DNA of 64,000 nt from Elusimicrobiaceae bacterium (GTDB taxonomy: Bacteria; Elusimicrobiota; Elusimicrobia; Elusimicrobiales; Elusimicrobiaceae). The notes beneath the pieces are model-generated. The model was not told where the DNA came from and did no database searches. It worked only from the letters and a program-made list of their open reading frames with translations. The stretch is from the NCBI GenBank assembly GCA_017525025.1, contig JAFXUJ010000009.1, forward strand, positions 51,948 through 115,947, written 5' to 3'. A program made the translations under genes and the position numbers. Position 1 is the first letter of the stretch. Every line of letters starts with the position of its first letter. Positions 1-9,082 of the stretch are shown here, one piece after another.

Positions 1-1
1 C

Positions 2-373
2 GTATATGTGGGCGGATGTGTAGCCCCGGGGCAAACGGCCGGGAATAAAATGTTTGGAGTAAACCTTTCTCAAACGATTCCTCAGCTATTGGATTTCCAT
101 TTTAACCAAAGCCCTTTGCCTTCCCGCGGTTTGTATTTTAGAGGGTGGCCGGTAGATCGTTTGGAATGGACGGAGTTTCTCAATATCGTACAAGTGTGGC
201 GTGGCGAAACGAAAGTATTTGAAGAAAATTTACAGTATTATCCCGGCCCGTATTCCGATGATCGTTCTGAACTTGCTTTACAAGATTTTGATCTTCAACC
301 CGGCGATATAATCCATTATATTATTCGCGTGAATCATGATAAAACACGTTCCGTGAATTTTATTGTGCCATAA
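2..373 (+). CDS. Hypothetical protein, 5'-partial (frame open from the window edge)
   Basis: Open frame from position 2 to TAA at 373; no recognisable motif. Confidence 0.55.
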   Translation, partial: VYVGGCVAPGQTAGNKMFGVNLSQTIPQLLDFHFNQSPLPSRGLYFRGWPVDRLEWTEFLNIVQVWRGETKVFEENLQYYPGPYSDDRSELALQDFDLQPGDIIHYIIRVNHDKTRSVNFIVP

Positions 374-438
374 CTATTTCTTGCGTTGATTCCACATTAT
401 CATAAAATTATATAATGGTATCAAAGAAGGGGGATATT

Positions 439-1422
439 ATGGCAGACTACAAAGATTACTACAAAATTTTAGGCGTCAATAAAACCGCTTCCGACGCAGA
501 AATTAAAAAAGCATTTAAAACGCAAGCGCGCAAATGTCACCCGGATATGCACCCGGAAAGCGAAAAGGCTACCTGGACGGAGAAATTTAAAGATTTAAAC
601 GAAGCATATACCGTCTTATCCGATAAGCAAAAACGCACGATTTACGACCAAGTCGGTCAGGAGGGATACCAAAATTTCTCGCGTGGCGGCGGAGCCTCGC
701 GTCCGCGCGGGGGGGCAAGCAGCGGGAACCCGTATCAAAATTACCAACAATATACGTATAACGGTGGACAAGGCTTTAGCGGTTTTGGCGGGGGAAATAC
801 GCGCTTTTCCGGCGGATTTAGCGGGGGAGATTTTAGTGATTTCTTCCAAAGTATTTTTGGCGGCATGGGGGGCTTTTCAGGCGGAGGATTTGATGGATTT
901 GGTCAAAATTTCGGCCGTAATGCGGGCGCCGGCCAAGCCGCGGGAGACGTAGAGGCGGAGTTGGCGTTAAATTTGGAAGATGCCCACCGCGGCGGCAATA
1001 TGCAACTTACCCTGCCCAACGGGCGCACCGTAACGGTTAAATTGCCTGCCGGTGTTGGCGAAGGAAAGAAAATTAAATTAAAAGGGATGGGAAATCCCGT
1101 CCGCGGCGGAAACGGAGATTTGTATCTCATTGTTAAAATCCGCCCGCATGCCATGTACCGTTTGGAAGGGGACGATTTGTATATTCCTGTTACGATCATG
1201 CCCTGGACGGCTGCTTTGGGCGGTACGATTTTTGTGCCCACGTTAGACGGGCCCATTAAAGTAAAAGTACCCGCCGGAACGCATAACGGTAAAAAACTTA
1301 AATTAAGCGGCAAAGGATTGAGTGCCAAGGGAAGTCTATATGTTACGCTTAATATTGACGTGCCCCGCACGTTGACTAAAGAACAAAAAGAATTATTTAT
1401 GCGCCTTGCCCAAACAGAATAA
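439..1422 (+). CDS. DnaJ-class (type II, CbpA-like) chaperone
   Basis: J-domain (DYYKILGV...HPD...F.DLNEAY.VLSD..KR.IYD), G/F-rich linker, C-terminal DnaJ domain, no Zn finger; ATG 439 follows AAGGGG. Confidence 0.93.
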   Translation: MADYKDYYKILGVNKTASDAEIKKAFKTQARKCHPDMHPESEKATWTEKFKDLNEAYTVLSDKQKRTIYDQVGQEGYQNFSRGGGASRPRGGASSGNPYQNYQQYTYNGGQGFSGFGGGNTRFSGGFSGGDFSDFFQSIFGGMGGFSGGGFDGFGQNFGRNAGAGQAAGDVEAELALNLEDAHRGGNMQLTLPNGRTVTVKLPAGVGEGKKIKLKGMGNPVRGGNGDLYLIVKIRPHAMYRLEGDDLYIPVTIMPWTAALGGTIFVPTLDGPIKVKVPAGTHNGKKLKLSGKGLSAKGSLYVTLNIDVPRTLTKEQKELFMRLAQTE

Positions 1423-1483
1423 TTAAAAAAAGAACTCCCGCGGTTTTAAGAAAACTGGTACGATTTTGGCACAGGAGGAAACT

Positions 1484-1870
1484 ATGGCTGAAATTAAGCT
1501 TAAATTAGCAGAAAATTTGACCACTTACGGCCGTTTGGAAGGCAAACCGGCCCTCATCAAAACGGCCTTTAATGAACCGCGCCAGGAAATGAATCCGGGG
1601 GAACTTTTAGCCAATGCGTTGGGAGCGTGTATGTTAACCATGATTGGCTTTTTAGCTGCTCGCCGTGGGGAAAACGTGGAAGGGACGGAGCTGACGGTTG
1701 CGCCGGGTTTTGATGAAAAACACACGCGCGTTATCTCGTTTGTACTGACGTTCCAATTCCCGGCAACCCTTACGCAGGTACAAAAAGATTTTTATGCCAA
1801 GGCAGCGGAAATATGCCCGGTGCATAATACGCTCAAAGAAGATATTACGTATAAGATAACAGTAAAATAA
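1484..1870 (+). CDS. OsmC/Ohr family protein
   Basis: MNPGELLANALGAC and ICPVHNTL carry the two conserved Cys; SD AGGAGG before ATG 1484. Confidence 0.88.
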   Translation: MAEIKLKLAENLTTYGRLEGKPALIKTAFNEPRQEMNPGELLANALGACMLTMIGFLAARRGENVEGTELTVAPGFDEKHTRVISFVLTFQFPATLTQVQKDFYAKAAEICPVHNTLKEDITYKITVK

Positions 1871-1881
1871 AGACTTATATA

Positions 1882-1919
1882 TAAAAACCCCCGCTCATAA
1901 AAGCGGGGGTTTTATTTTT
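1882..1919. terminator. Bidirectional intrinsic terminator
   Basis: AAAACCCCCGCT / AGCGGGGGTTTT inverted repeat with A and T tracts between convergent genes. Confidence 0.85.
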
Positions 1920-1932
1920 GGATTTGTTAAAC

Positions 1933-2946
1933 TTATTTGCTTTGAGTAGCCGCGACTCCGCCGGTTAAGTCTTTAATGGCGGCTACGGCGCCGAGCACGT
2001 TGCTGGCTTCGTAAGGCATATAGATAATTTTATTATCTTTTCCTTCCGTCATGGCTTGCAACGCTTCAATGTATTTAAGCGAAATCATGTAGCTGGCCGG
2101 ATTGGACGATTGCGCCACCGTGTTGGCTACAATTTTCACGGATTCGGCTTCCGCTTGGGCTACTTTAATTTTGGCTTCGGCTTGACCTTCGGCCTCCAAA
2201 ACAGCAGCTTGTTTCATACCTTCCGCTTTTTTAATTTCTGATTCTCTAACGGCCTCAGCTTTTAAAATTTGGGCCGTCTTGGTACCTTCGGCTTCGGTTA
2301 CCATAGCACGGCGGTCGCGTTCGGCTTTCATCTGTTTTTCCATGGCTTCGCGAATAGCGGCGGGGGGAATAATGTCTTGAAGTTCCACACGGTTTACTTT
2401 TACACCCCATTTATTAGACGCATCATCCAAAATCACTTGCAATTTGCTGTTGATAATTTCGCGAGAGGTCAGGGTTTGGTCCAAATCCATTTCGCCGATG
2501 ATGTTACGTAGCGTGGTTTGCGTTAATTTTTCAATAGCTACGGGTAAAGATTCCACTTTATACGCGGCTTTGAGCGGGTCCGTGATTTGGAAATATAACA
2601 AAGCGTTAATTTCAATGCCCACGTTATCTTTGGTAATTACGTTTTGGCGCGGGAAATCGTACACGGTTTCGCGCATATCAACAGTATCACGCATTTCCAT
2701 ATAAGGCACGACGCGGGTGCGACCGGAACCGTCCACATATTCACGGCTGTTGCGCCATTCCATTTCGTGCGCTTTTTCCATAATGGGGATAATGATGTTC
2801 AGCCCCGGATTAAGCACGCGGGAAAATTTCCCGAAGTTTTCAATAATCATTACTTGCGCTTGTTTAACAACTACCAACCCTTTGGCGACCAAGATAATGA
2901 AAAATAAAACAATTCCTGATATGACAACAATTCCTAATTCATTCAT
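1933..2946 (-). CDS. SPFH/band 7 (stomatin/QmcA-like) membrane protein
   Basis: N-terminal TM, VITKDNV, TTLRNIIGEMDLDQTLTSR, WGVKVNRVE, AMEKQMKAER motifs. Confidence 0.93.
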   Translation of the reverse strand: MNELGIVVISGIVLFFIILVAKGLVVVKQAQVMIIENFGKFSRVLNPGLNIIIPIMEKAHEMEWRNSREYVDGSGRTRVVPYMEMRDTVDMRETVYDFPRQNVITKDNVGIEINALLYFQITDPLKAAYKVESLPVAIEKLTQTTLRNIIGEMDLDQTLTSREIINSKLQVILDDASNKWGVKVNRVELQDIIPPAAIREAMEKQMKAERDRRAMVTEAEGTKTAQILKAEAVRESEIKKAEGMKQAAVLEAEGQAEAKIKVAQAEAESVKIVANTVAQSSNPASYMISLKYIEALQAMTEGKDNKIIYMPYEASNVLGAVAAIKDLTGGVAATQSK

Positions 2947-2958
2947 ACTGGCTCCTTT

Positions 2959-3384
2959 TTATTTAGCGCGGACGGTTAACGTAACGCCGTCCAATTTTTC
3001 TACTACACACTTCGTTCCGACGGCTAGCGGCCCGGCGGCCGTAGCCTTCCAACTCTCACCCAATACTTTTACGCGGCCGGTTTGTTTGGCCGGATCAATA
3101 GCAATTTCTACGATGGCTTCTTTGCCGATTACATCTTCGGCCGGTGTGTTGACGTGTTTGGTAAATTTATCTATAAAACGTAGCAAGAAAGGACGCACGC
3201 CCAGCCAACAAACAGAAGCTACTACGGCAAATACACCCGCTTGCCACCATTTTCCAAATCCCAACCACGAGGTAATACCGGCCCCAATGGCCCCGATACC
3301 TAGACACGTAAGCGAAAATTCCATCGTGAATAATTCCCCGATAAAACAACCTACGGCCAAAATGTAATATATATAGTGTGACAC
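2959..3384 (-). CDS. NfeD family protein (YbbJ-like), partner of the SPFH gene
   Basis: Hydrophobic N-terminal half, GRVKVLGESWKA OB-fold motif, directly upstream of SPFH gene. Confidence 0.88.
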   Translation of the reverse strand: MSHYIYYILAVGCFIGELFTMEFSLTCLGIGAIGAGITSWLGFGKWWQAGVFAVVASVCWLGVRPFLLRFIDKFTKHVNTPAEDVIGKEAIVEIAIDPAKQTGRVKVLGESWKATAAGPLAVGTKCVVEKLDGVTLTVRAK

Positions 3385-3395
3385 GCTCCCTCCTT

Positions 3396-4232
3396 TTAAC
3401 TTCTCATAATTTCCAAGTAATTACGCAAATACGATAAGCGACGTTCGTCGCGCACCTTATTCAATACAAAAATCATGTTGGCAATAAACCGCCGCACGAT
3501 TTGCCTGGAAGAAAGCGGCGTTAAAAAGTCATTACTCCAGGAAAGTTGGCGCGAATCAATATACGCTTGGCAATCTTGTAAAGATAAGATTTTTCCGTTA
3601 TCCAACGGATCAATAAATAAAGATTGGGTTTTTTCGGTGTCTTGTAAATGAACCAGAATGCGCCCTGCTACATCAATTAAGTTGATATCTAAGCCGTATC
3701 GCTCTCCCACTAATATATATAAACACGCGATACATAAACTGGAACCGCGGTGTTTATGCAAAAAACGGACGAAAGAAATTTCTTGAATATCCCAATTAGC
3801 GGGCAAGGTTTGTATCTCTAAGGTTTTGAAAAAATAGTGCGCGAAGGCTTGGGCAATTTCGGCATAGTCTTTGGCATTAAGAAGGGCCGGGCGCAAGGCC
3901 ATGGCAATTTCGTCAGTAGGAATAGCAATATGTTTACGCGTGGTTGCCGGTACGTTGAATTTAGCCAGTAGAGTCAGGCCTTCTTCTAAATCGGGGTTAA
4001 TCTTGGCGGCAAACTGTACCAGGGCGCGTGTTAAATCGTCCCAGGCTATTTCTTCTAAAATGTTTATTACGCAAAGAGGTGTATGCTGCGGAAATTCTTT
4101 TTCTAAAGCGGTTTGTACACCGACCGGATCGGTTTTGATGGCATCGGCAATTTCCCGCCGAAGAACGGATGAATGGGAGCCCGGTTCGCTACCTAATAAT
4201 TTAAATAAAGCTCTAAGACGTTCGTTTGCCAT
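3396..4232 (-). CDS. Transglutaminase-like SirB1/UPF0162 family protein
   Basis: RG..LCIAC.YIL...R.GL......G.ILV....FIDP...G..L and R...N pattern. Confidence 0.7.
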   Translation of the reverse strand: MANERLRALFKLLGSEPGSHSSVLRREIADAIKTDPVGVQTALEKEFPQHTPLCVINILEEIAWDDLTRALVQFAAKINPDLEEGLTLLAKFNVPATTRKHIAIPTDEIAMALRPALLNAKDYAEIAQAFAHYFFKTLEIQTLPANWDIQEISFVRFLHKHRGSSLCIACLYILVGERYGLDINLIDVAGRILVHLQDTEKTQSLFIDPLDNGKILSLQDCQAYIDSRQLSWSNDFLTPLSSRQIVRRFIANMIFVLNKVRDERRLSYLRNYLEIMRS

Positions 4233-4293
4233 ATTTGTATCATAGCATATTTATATTTGTTTTTTGCTATTTTTTGAGAAAATTTTTCCGACG

Positions 4294-4325
4294 AAAAAAG
4301 CCGGAGCATATACGCTCCGGCTTTT
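4294..4325 (-). terminator. Intrinsic terminator after OmpA-family gene
   Basis: Perfect 12-bp AAAAGCCGGAGC / GCTCCGGCTTTT hairpin with T-tract on the minus strand. Confidence 0.85.
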
Positions 4326-4343
4326 AAACCGTATCCGGAAAGA

Positions 4344-4979
4344 TTATTGTAAATCTTTTTCGTTAGCGGTGATAGCCAATACGACGCGGCGGTTAGCAGC
4401 GCGGCCTTCGGCTGTATCGTTGCTGGCTACCGGGTTGGCCGGGCCATACCCTACATAGTTGATGCTCAACGTTTTTAAACCGGTGCCGAGCAAGTAATCG
4501 TATACAGCTTTAGCACGGGCCGTAGAGAGTTTTTGGTTGACGGCATCGGAACCGGTAGAATCGGTGTATCCTTGTACCACAATGCGGTTTTTCGGATATT
4601 TCTTAAGTACGCGGTTCAAATCCGTCAAGGTCTGTAAGGAAGCGGCGGATAATTCCGAGCTACCTACGGAGAACAAAATATCGTTTTTCAAGTAAACTTG
4701 AATACCGTTTTCCGTTTTAACCACATCTGCAATGGCAGCGAGTTCTTTGGCTTGTTTGTCGTAGTAGTTCCCCAACAAACCACCGGCGCTGGCACCGGCT
4801 AAGGCGCCTACGATAGCACCCGTACCGCTTTTACCACCCGTGTTGTGGGAGATGACAGCTCCGGCTACGGCTCCAACGGCCGCACCACCGGCGGCACCCC
4901 AGGCAGTCCGTTTGCCGGGAGTAGTACAAGCGGTAGCCAATAAAGAAACTGCCGCCGTGAGCAAAATAACTTTTTTCAT
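4344..4979 (-). CDS. OmpA family lipoprotein with glycine zipper (YiaD-like)
   Basis: Lipobox LATAC, Gly-zipper GAAGGAAVGAVAG, OmpA C-terminal motifs GYTDSTG, N.KLS..RA, NRRV. Confidence 0.92.
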   Translation of the reverse strand: MKKVILLTAAVSLLATACTTPGKRTAWGAAGGAAVGAVAGAVISHNTGGKSGTGAIVGALAGASAGGLLGNYYDKQAKELAAIADVVKTENGIQVYLKNDILFSVGSSELSAASLQTLTDLNRVLKKYPKNRIVVQGYTDSTGSDAVNQKLSTARAKAVYDYLLGTGLKTLSINYVGYGPANPVASNDTAEGRAANRRVVLAITANEKDLQ

Positions 4980-5076
4980 TTGCTAATTCTCCTTAATATA
5001 AGATAACAGGTACCTATATTTTACATTTTTCTGGGAAAAATAAAATAAATTTTATTTAAAGGCCGAAATTTCCAAT

Positions 5077-5290
5077 AAAATAGCCTCCGGTTTGGAGGCT
5101 ATTTGAAACGAAATAATTGTTCGCAACCGATTATTTATTGGTTACTTCCAATTCCATTTTGTTGTTTAACAAAAGATTCCCTGCGGGAACTTTTGAAACC
5201 GCCGCGAACAAAAATAGCCTCCGGTTTGGAGGCTATTTGAAACGAAATAATTGTTCGCAACCGATTATTTATTGGTTACTTCCAATTCCA
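5077..5290. repeat. 80-bp perfect direct repeat (5077-5156 and 5211-5290) separated by 54 bp
   Basis: Base-by-base identical; duplicates the last 8 codons, stop and terminator (AAATAGCCTCC/GGAGGCTATTT) of the 5265-5861 gene. Confidence 0.95.
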
Positions 5291-5861
5291 CGCGGCGGTT
5301 TTGAGCGCGGCCGGCGCGGGTTTTGTTCGTGGCGATCGGTTTGGTGGCACCGTATCCGACGAAAGATACTTTGTCAGCAGCGACACCTTCGTCCACTAAA
5401 GCCATAGCAACAGCTTTGGCGCGGCGTTGAGAAAGATCCACGTTGTAATCCGGGTTGCCGGTAGAATCGGTGTGACCGACTACGCGGATGGAATTATCGG
5501 GATAATTCTTGAGTGCAGTGGCTACTTGTTTGATTCTCTTGGTAGAATCAGCATCCAATTCATCGCTGTTGGTGGCGAAATTGATCGGTTCTTTAAAAGA
5601 CAAAACGGTCAAGTTTTCGGATTTTTTATTGACAGCTACCACATCTTGGAGAGATTTATCTTCGGTAACAATCATGGCCTTCGGTTGCGGTTTGGCAGCG
5701 ACGGCTTTTTTGGGGCAAACACAACCGGTTTTGTGGCTGTATTTGCATTTGCAAGCTACTTTCGCGCAGGTGTTGGAGCGATTGGGCTTGGTGGTGCATT
5801 TGGCACAGTGGCAGGCACCTAACAAAAGGGCAGCTGCCAAAATAGTGAATACTTTTTTCAT
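5265..5861 (-). CDS. OmpA family lipoprotein with Cys-rich N-terminal arm
   Basis: Lipobox LLGAC, 8 Cys in residues 17-49, OmpA domain (GHTDSTG, LSQRRA.AV, NRRVE). Confidence 0.9.
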   Translation of the reverse strand: MKKVFTILAAALLLGACHCAKCTTKPNRSNTCAKVACKCKYSHKTGCVCPKKAVAAKPQPKAMIVTEDKSLQDVVAVNKKSENLTVLSFKEPINFATNSDELDADSTKRIKQVATALKNYPDNSIRVVGHTDSTGNPDYNVDLSQRRAKAVAMALVDEGVAADKVSFVGYGATKPIATNKTRAGRAQNRRVELEVTNK

Positions 5862-5905
5862 GAAGTCTCCTTTGTTGGTTTGAGTTTATATCTTACCTTT
5901 TTATT

Positions 5906-6403
5906 TTACAATATCTTGCATGAAGGTGTGCCTTTTTTTTTCATAAGTTCGCGGTATAGCTGGTAAACGGGTTTGTGAAATTTAGGGTGTACATAGTCGG
6001 GCAAAATATAGGAAAGGGGTTTTAATACGAATTCCCGTTCATGTAGGCGCGGATGAGGGATAAAAAGGGGGGTTTGGTCATCGTCTTCAAAAAGGGCTTT
6101 GTCATCATAAAATAAGATGTCTAAATCAATCACGCGGGGGCCGTTGGGAAACGTCGGGGTACGGCCCAATTGGGTTTCCAACGCTTTGAGCTTTTTTAAT
6201 AAAGGCATAGGCTCATAAGGTGTGCTCAAAATAAGGACGGTGTTGATAAAATCTTCCTGCGCGGAAAATCCCTCCGGCTTGGAGATAATATAAGGGGCTA
6301 TTTCCTTAATAGCGCCCAATTCTTTTAGGGCGGTTACGGCGCGGTCTATATTTTCTTTGGCGGGAGCAATATTGCTGCCCAAGGCCAATACGGCTTGCGG
6401 CAT
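5906..6403 (-). CDS. folK: 2-amino-4-hydroxy-6-hydroxymethyldihydropteridine diphosphokinase
   Basis: LALGSNI, Q.DFINTV, GPRVIDLDILFY, IPHPRLHEREFVL.PL. Confidence 0.95.
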   Translation of the reverse strand: MPQAVLALGSNIAPAKENIDRAVTALKELGAIKEIAPYIISKPEGFSAQEDFINTVLILSTPYEPMPLLKKLKALETQLGRTPTFPNGPRVIDLDILFYDDKALFEDDDQTPLFIPHPRLHEREFVLKPLSYILPDYVHPKFHKPVYQLYRELMKKKGTPSCKIL

Positions 6404-6404
6404 A

Positions 6405-6755
6405 TTAGTTTCCTCCTTTATATTCTACCCAACGGTCTGCTTCCTCGGCTACGCGCACGCTATAAATTTGCGGAAAGAGAGGGAGTATTTGCTCAAAAAT
6501 CCAAATGGCGATCATTTCCGTGGTAGGGTGGGTGAAAATTTGGTTTAAATCCGCCCCGTCTAGGAAGGGATTGATTTTATTTTTTAAAAAATCTTGCACC
6601 GCGCGGAAGTCAATTAAAAATCCCTCCTCATTGATGGGCCCGAAGAACGTAACTTGGTAAGAAAAATGATGTGAGTGGCTTTCCTCGGCCAGTTGACCGC
6701 CGTGGCCGTGGCAAGCCGTAAAGTCGGAACATTGGGTTAAGTATATTTTCTTCAT
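6405..6755 (-). CDS. 6-pyruvoyl-tetrahydropterin synthase family protein, probably PTPS-III type (folB bypass)
   Basis: T-fold motifs FTACH, IDF, LN.IF..PTTE.IA.WI; E-x-x-H-S-H where QueD has C-x3-H-G-H; sits between folP and folK. Confidence 0.75.
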   Translation of the reverse strand: MKKIYLTQCSDFTACHGHGGQLAEESHSHHFSYQVTFFGPINEEGFLIDFRAVQDFLKNKINPFLDGADLNQIFTHPTTEMIAIWIFEQILPLFPQIYSVRVAEEADRWVEYKGGN

Positions 6756-7537
6756 TTTTGGGCCTCCTTATAGAAGGTAAGCAATTGACGTGTCTCTTTT
6801 ACGTCATGCACGCGCAAAATATCGGCACCTTGTTGCAAGGCCATTAAATGTGCGGCAAGTGTTTGCGGTAGGCGATCCTGTGGGGAATCGCCACCTTGGC
6901 TTAAAAAACTCTTGCGCGAAAGCGCCACCAGTAGCCGTACGCCTAAATTTTTAAAAAGAGATAGGTTTTTTAATAGTTCGTAGTTTTGTTCGCGTGTTTT
7001 GGCAAATCCAAAACCGACGTCAATAATCAGTTGTTCTTTGGCAAGGCCGTCCGCCTGAGCTTGCGAAATTTTTTGAGCCAGAAAATCTTTTACCTCGCTT
7101 AGTAAATCGGTATAATCGGTTTGTGCTTGCATGGTTTGTGGCGTGCCGCGCGAGTGCATTAAAACAAGTTGCGCGTTATGTTTTTTTATCAGTAAAAAAA
7201 GTTCTTTAGACGGTTGTCCGCTGACGTCGTTTATAACGGAAACCCCATTTGCCAGCCCGGCCGCGGCCACAGATACGTGCCGCGTGTCCAACGAAAGCGG
7301 TAACCGGGGATACCGGGGGTGCAAGGCCTTAATAAGGGGCAATACGCGGGTTTGTTCTTCCTGTTCGGTAACGGGAAAGGCCCCGGGGCGGGTGGATTCT
7401 CCACCAATATCCAATGCGTCTGCACCGTTTTGCACGTGCGTGCTTGCTCGCGCCAGCAGCGTGTCTAAACTACTGTCCGGATTTCCGTCATAAAATGAGT
7501 CCGGCGTAGCGTTCATAATTCCCCAAAGTTGTGGCAT
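6752..7537 (-). CDS. folP: Dihydropteroate synthase
   Basis: GIMNATPDSFYDG, DIGGESTRPGA, SLDT, NDVSG, LMHSRG.P.TM, D.GFGFAK, SRKSF, LRVHDV. Confidence 0.96.
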   Translation of the reverse strand: MPQLWGIMNATPDSFYDGNPDSSLDTLLARASTHVQNGADALDIGGESTRPGAFPVTEQEEQTRVLPLIKALHPRYPRLPLSLDTRHVSVAAAGLANGVSVINDVSGQPSKELFLLIKKHNAQLVLMHSRGTPQTMQAQTDYTDLLSEVKDFLAQKISQAQADGLAKEQLIIDVGFGFAKTREQNYELLKNLSLFKNLGVRLLVALSRKSFLSQGGDSPQDRLPQTLAAHLMALQQGADILRVHDVKETRQLLTFYKEAQK

Positions 7538-7546
7538 AGTGTGAGT

Positions 7547-8449
7547 TTATTTTTTTGCTCCGGCTGCTTTTAAAAGTTTTACAATTTCCGTATTGTTATC
7601 TTCGGTCGCTACCCGCAAAGGAGTATAGCCGGCTACGTTGGCCAAATGAACGTCTGCCTTATGTTCCAGTAATAATTTGACAATTTCCTTTTTGTTTCTG
7701 GCGGTGGCCAACAGCAAGGCCGTTACGCCGTCTTCACTTTGCAAGTTAATTTTAGCCCCATTATCAAGTAACAGTTTTACCATATCGGTTAATCCGTAGG
7801 CGCTGGCAATCATTAAAGGGGTTTCTTGCCAAGCGTTTAGGTTGTTGACGTCGGCTCCTTTCGCCAGAAGCAGTTTAACTGCCTCCATATTATTGCCTTC
7901 GGCGGCAAGGGCCAACGGGGAGAAGCCTTCTTGGTTCTGGGTATTTACGGCTGCGTGGTTACCAAGTAATAATTTGACAATTTCTGTATTATCTTTTTTG
8001 GTGGCTATGATAAGAGCGGTATCTCCGTTATCTAACGCCTTGATTTCCGGATTGGCTCCTTTGGACAGTAAGATTTTTACCGCGTCGGTGTTTCCGCGGT
8101 CGCAAGCCCACATAAGGGCGGTCCAGGGTTTGTTTAATTCTTCCCCCGAATAGCGAAAAATACCTTCCCCGTTGGGGCCTGTTTCTATACTATAATCCGT
8201 AACTTTTATTCTGCTGCCGGCATTTTGGCTAATGAAATTTACATCCGCTCCACGCCGAAGAGCATCTTCTATTTTTGTCAAATCATTTAGTTGGGCGACG
8301 GTGATTAAATCGTTGGATGCTTGCTGAAGGGCGGCGGTTTGTTGGTCAGCCTCGGGGGACGCCGGAGGTAACGGTTTACGTGGAGCAGACGATTCTTGAT
8401 TGCAGGCAAATAGACCCAATATCACAACTGCCCAAATACATTTTTTCAT
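7547..8449 (-). CDS. Ankyrin-repeat lipoprotein
   Basis: Lipobox LFAC; six clear ankyrin repeats (TAL/TPL...G...VKLLL..GA.VN) plus one degenerate repeat. Confidence 0.9.
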   Translation of the reverse strand: MKKCIWAVVILGLFACNQESSAPRKPLPPASPEADQQTAALQQASNDLITVAQLNDLTKIEDALRRGADVNFISQNAGSRIKVTDYSIETGPNGEGIFRYSGEELNKPWTALMWACDRGNTDAVKILLSKGANPEIKALDNGDTALIIATKKDNTEIVKLLLGNHAAVNTQNQEGFSPLALAAEGNNMEAVKLLLAKGADVNNLNAWQETPLMIASAYGLTDMVKLLLDNGAKINLQSEDGVTALLLATARNKKEIVKLLLEHKADVHLANVAGYTPLRVATEDNNTEIVKLLKAAGAKK

Positions 8450-8461
8450 CTTTTATTTCCC

Positions 8462-9082
8462 CTATTTAATCATTTCCAAAAATTCGCTGCGTACTTCCAA
8501 TTTTTTAAATGCTCCGCGGATAGCACTGGTTACCATGACGGCGTTGTGTTTTTCAATGCCGCGCGAACTGATGCACATATGCTTGGCTTTGCATACCACC
8601 ATGACGCCGTGCGGGTGCAAGGTTTCCATTAAACTATCGGCAATTTGGGCGACCAACTTTTCCTGGATTTGTAAACGGCGCGCAAAGACTTCCACCAGTC
8701 GCGCTAATTTGGAAATTCCCAACACACGCCCGTTGGGCAAGTAGCCAATGCTAATGGTGCCGAAAAACGGTTGCAAGTGGTGCTCACAGGTAGAATAAAA
8801 TTCAATATCTTTGAGTACCACCATCTCTTCGCACGAGCCTTCCACAAATGTTTTTAATACATCTTGCGGTTTTTGTTGGTAGCCGCCGAAAAGTTTTTTC
8901 CAGCTTTTCACAATGCGGTGCGGTGTTTCTAAAAGACCTTCACGCGACGGATCATCACCAATGTAGGCCAACATTTCGCGGATATTTTGCAAAATTTTTT
9001 CTTCACTTACTTTATGTTTATGAGCTTGTGCAGTTGTACGCTTAGTCGTAGAGATGGATGTTCTTTTACCAGTTTTACGCAT
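8462..9082 (-). CDS. folE: GTP cyclohydrolase I (type 1)
   Basis: REGLLETP.R, FYSTCEHHL.PF.G, GISKLARLV...ARRLQIQE, HMCISSRG. Confidence 0.96.
   Translation of the reverse strand: MRKTGKRTSISTTKRTTAQAHKHKVSEEKILQNIREMLAYIGDDPSREGLLETPHRIVKSWKKLFGGYQQKPQDVLKTFVEGSCEEMVVLKDIEFYSTCEHHLQPFFGTISIGYLPNGRVLGISKLARLVEVFARRLQIQEKLVAQIADSLMETLHPHGVMVVCKAKHMCISSRGIEKHNAVMVTSAIRGAFKKLEVRSEFLEMIK

Noticed and set aside
2717-3367. Long antisense ORFs in the track (e.g. 2717-3367, 27000-27494, 28786-29310, 45619-46143, 58255-58932)
   Set aside because: Shadow frames of well-supported genes on the opposite strand, with no motifs of their own
5117-5407. 96-aa plus-strand ORF from the track
   Set aside because: Runs through the duplicated terminator region antisense to the OmpA gene; no start signals
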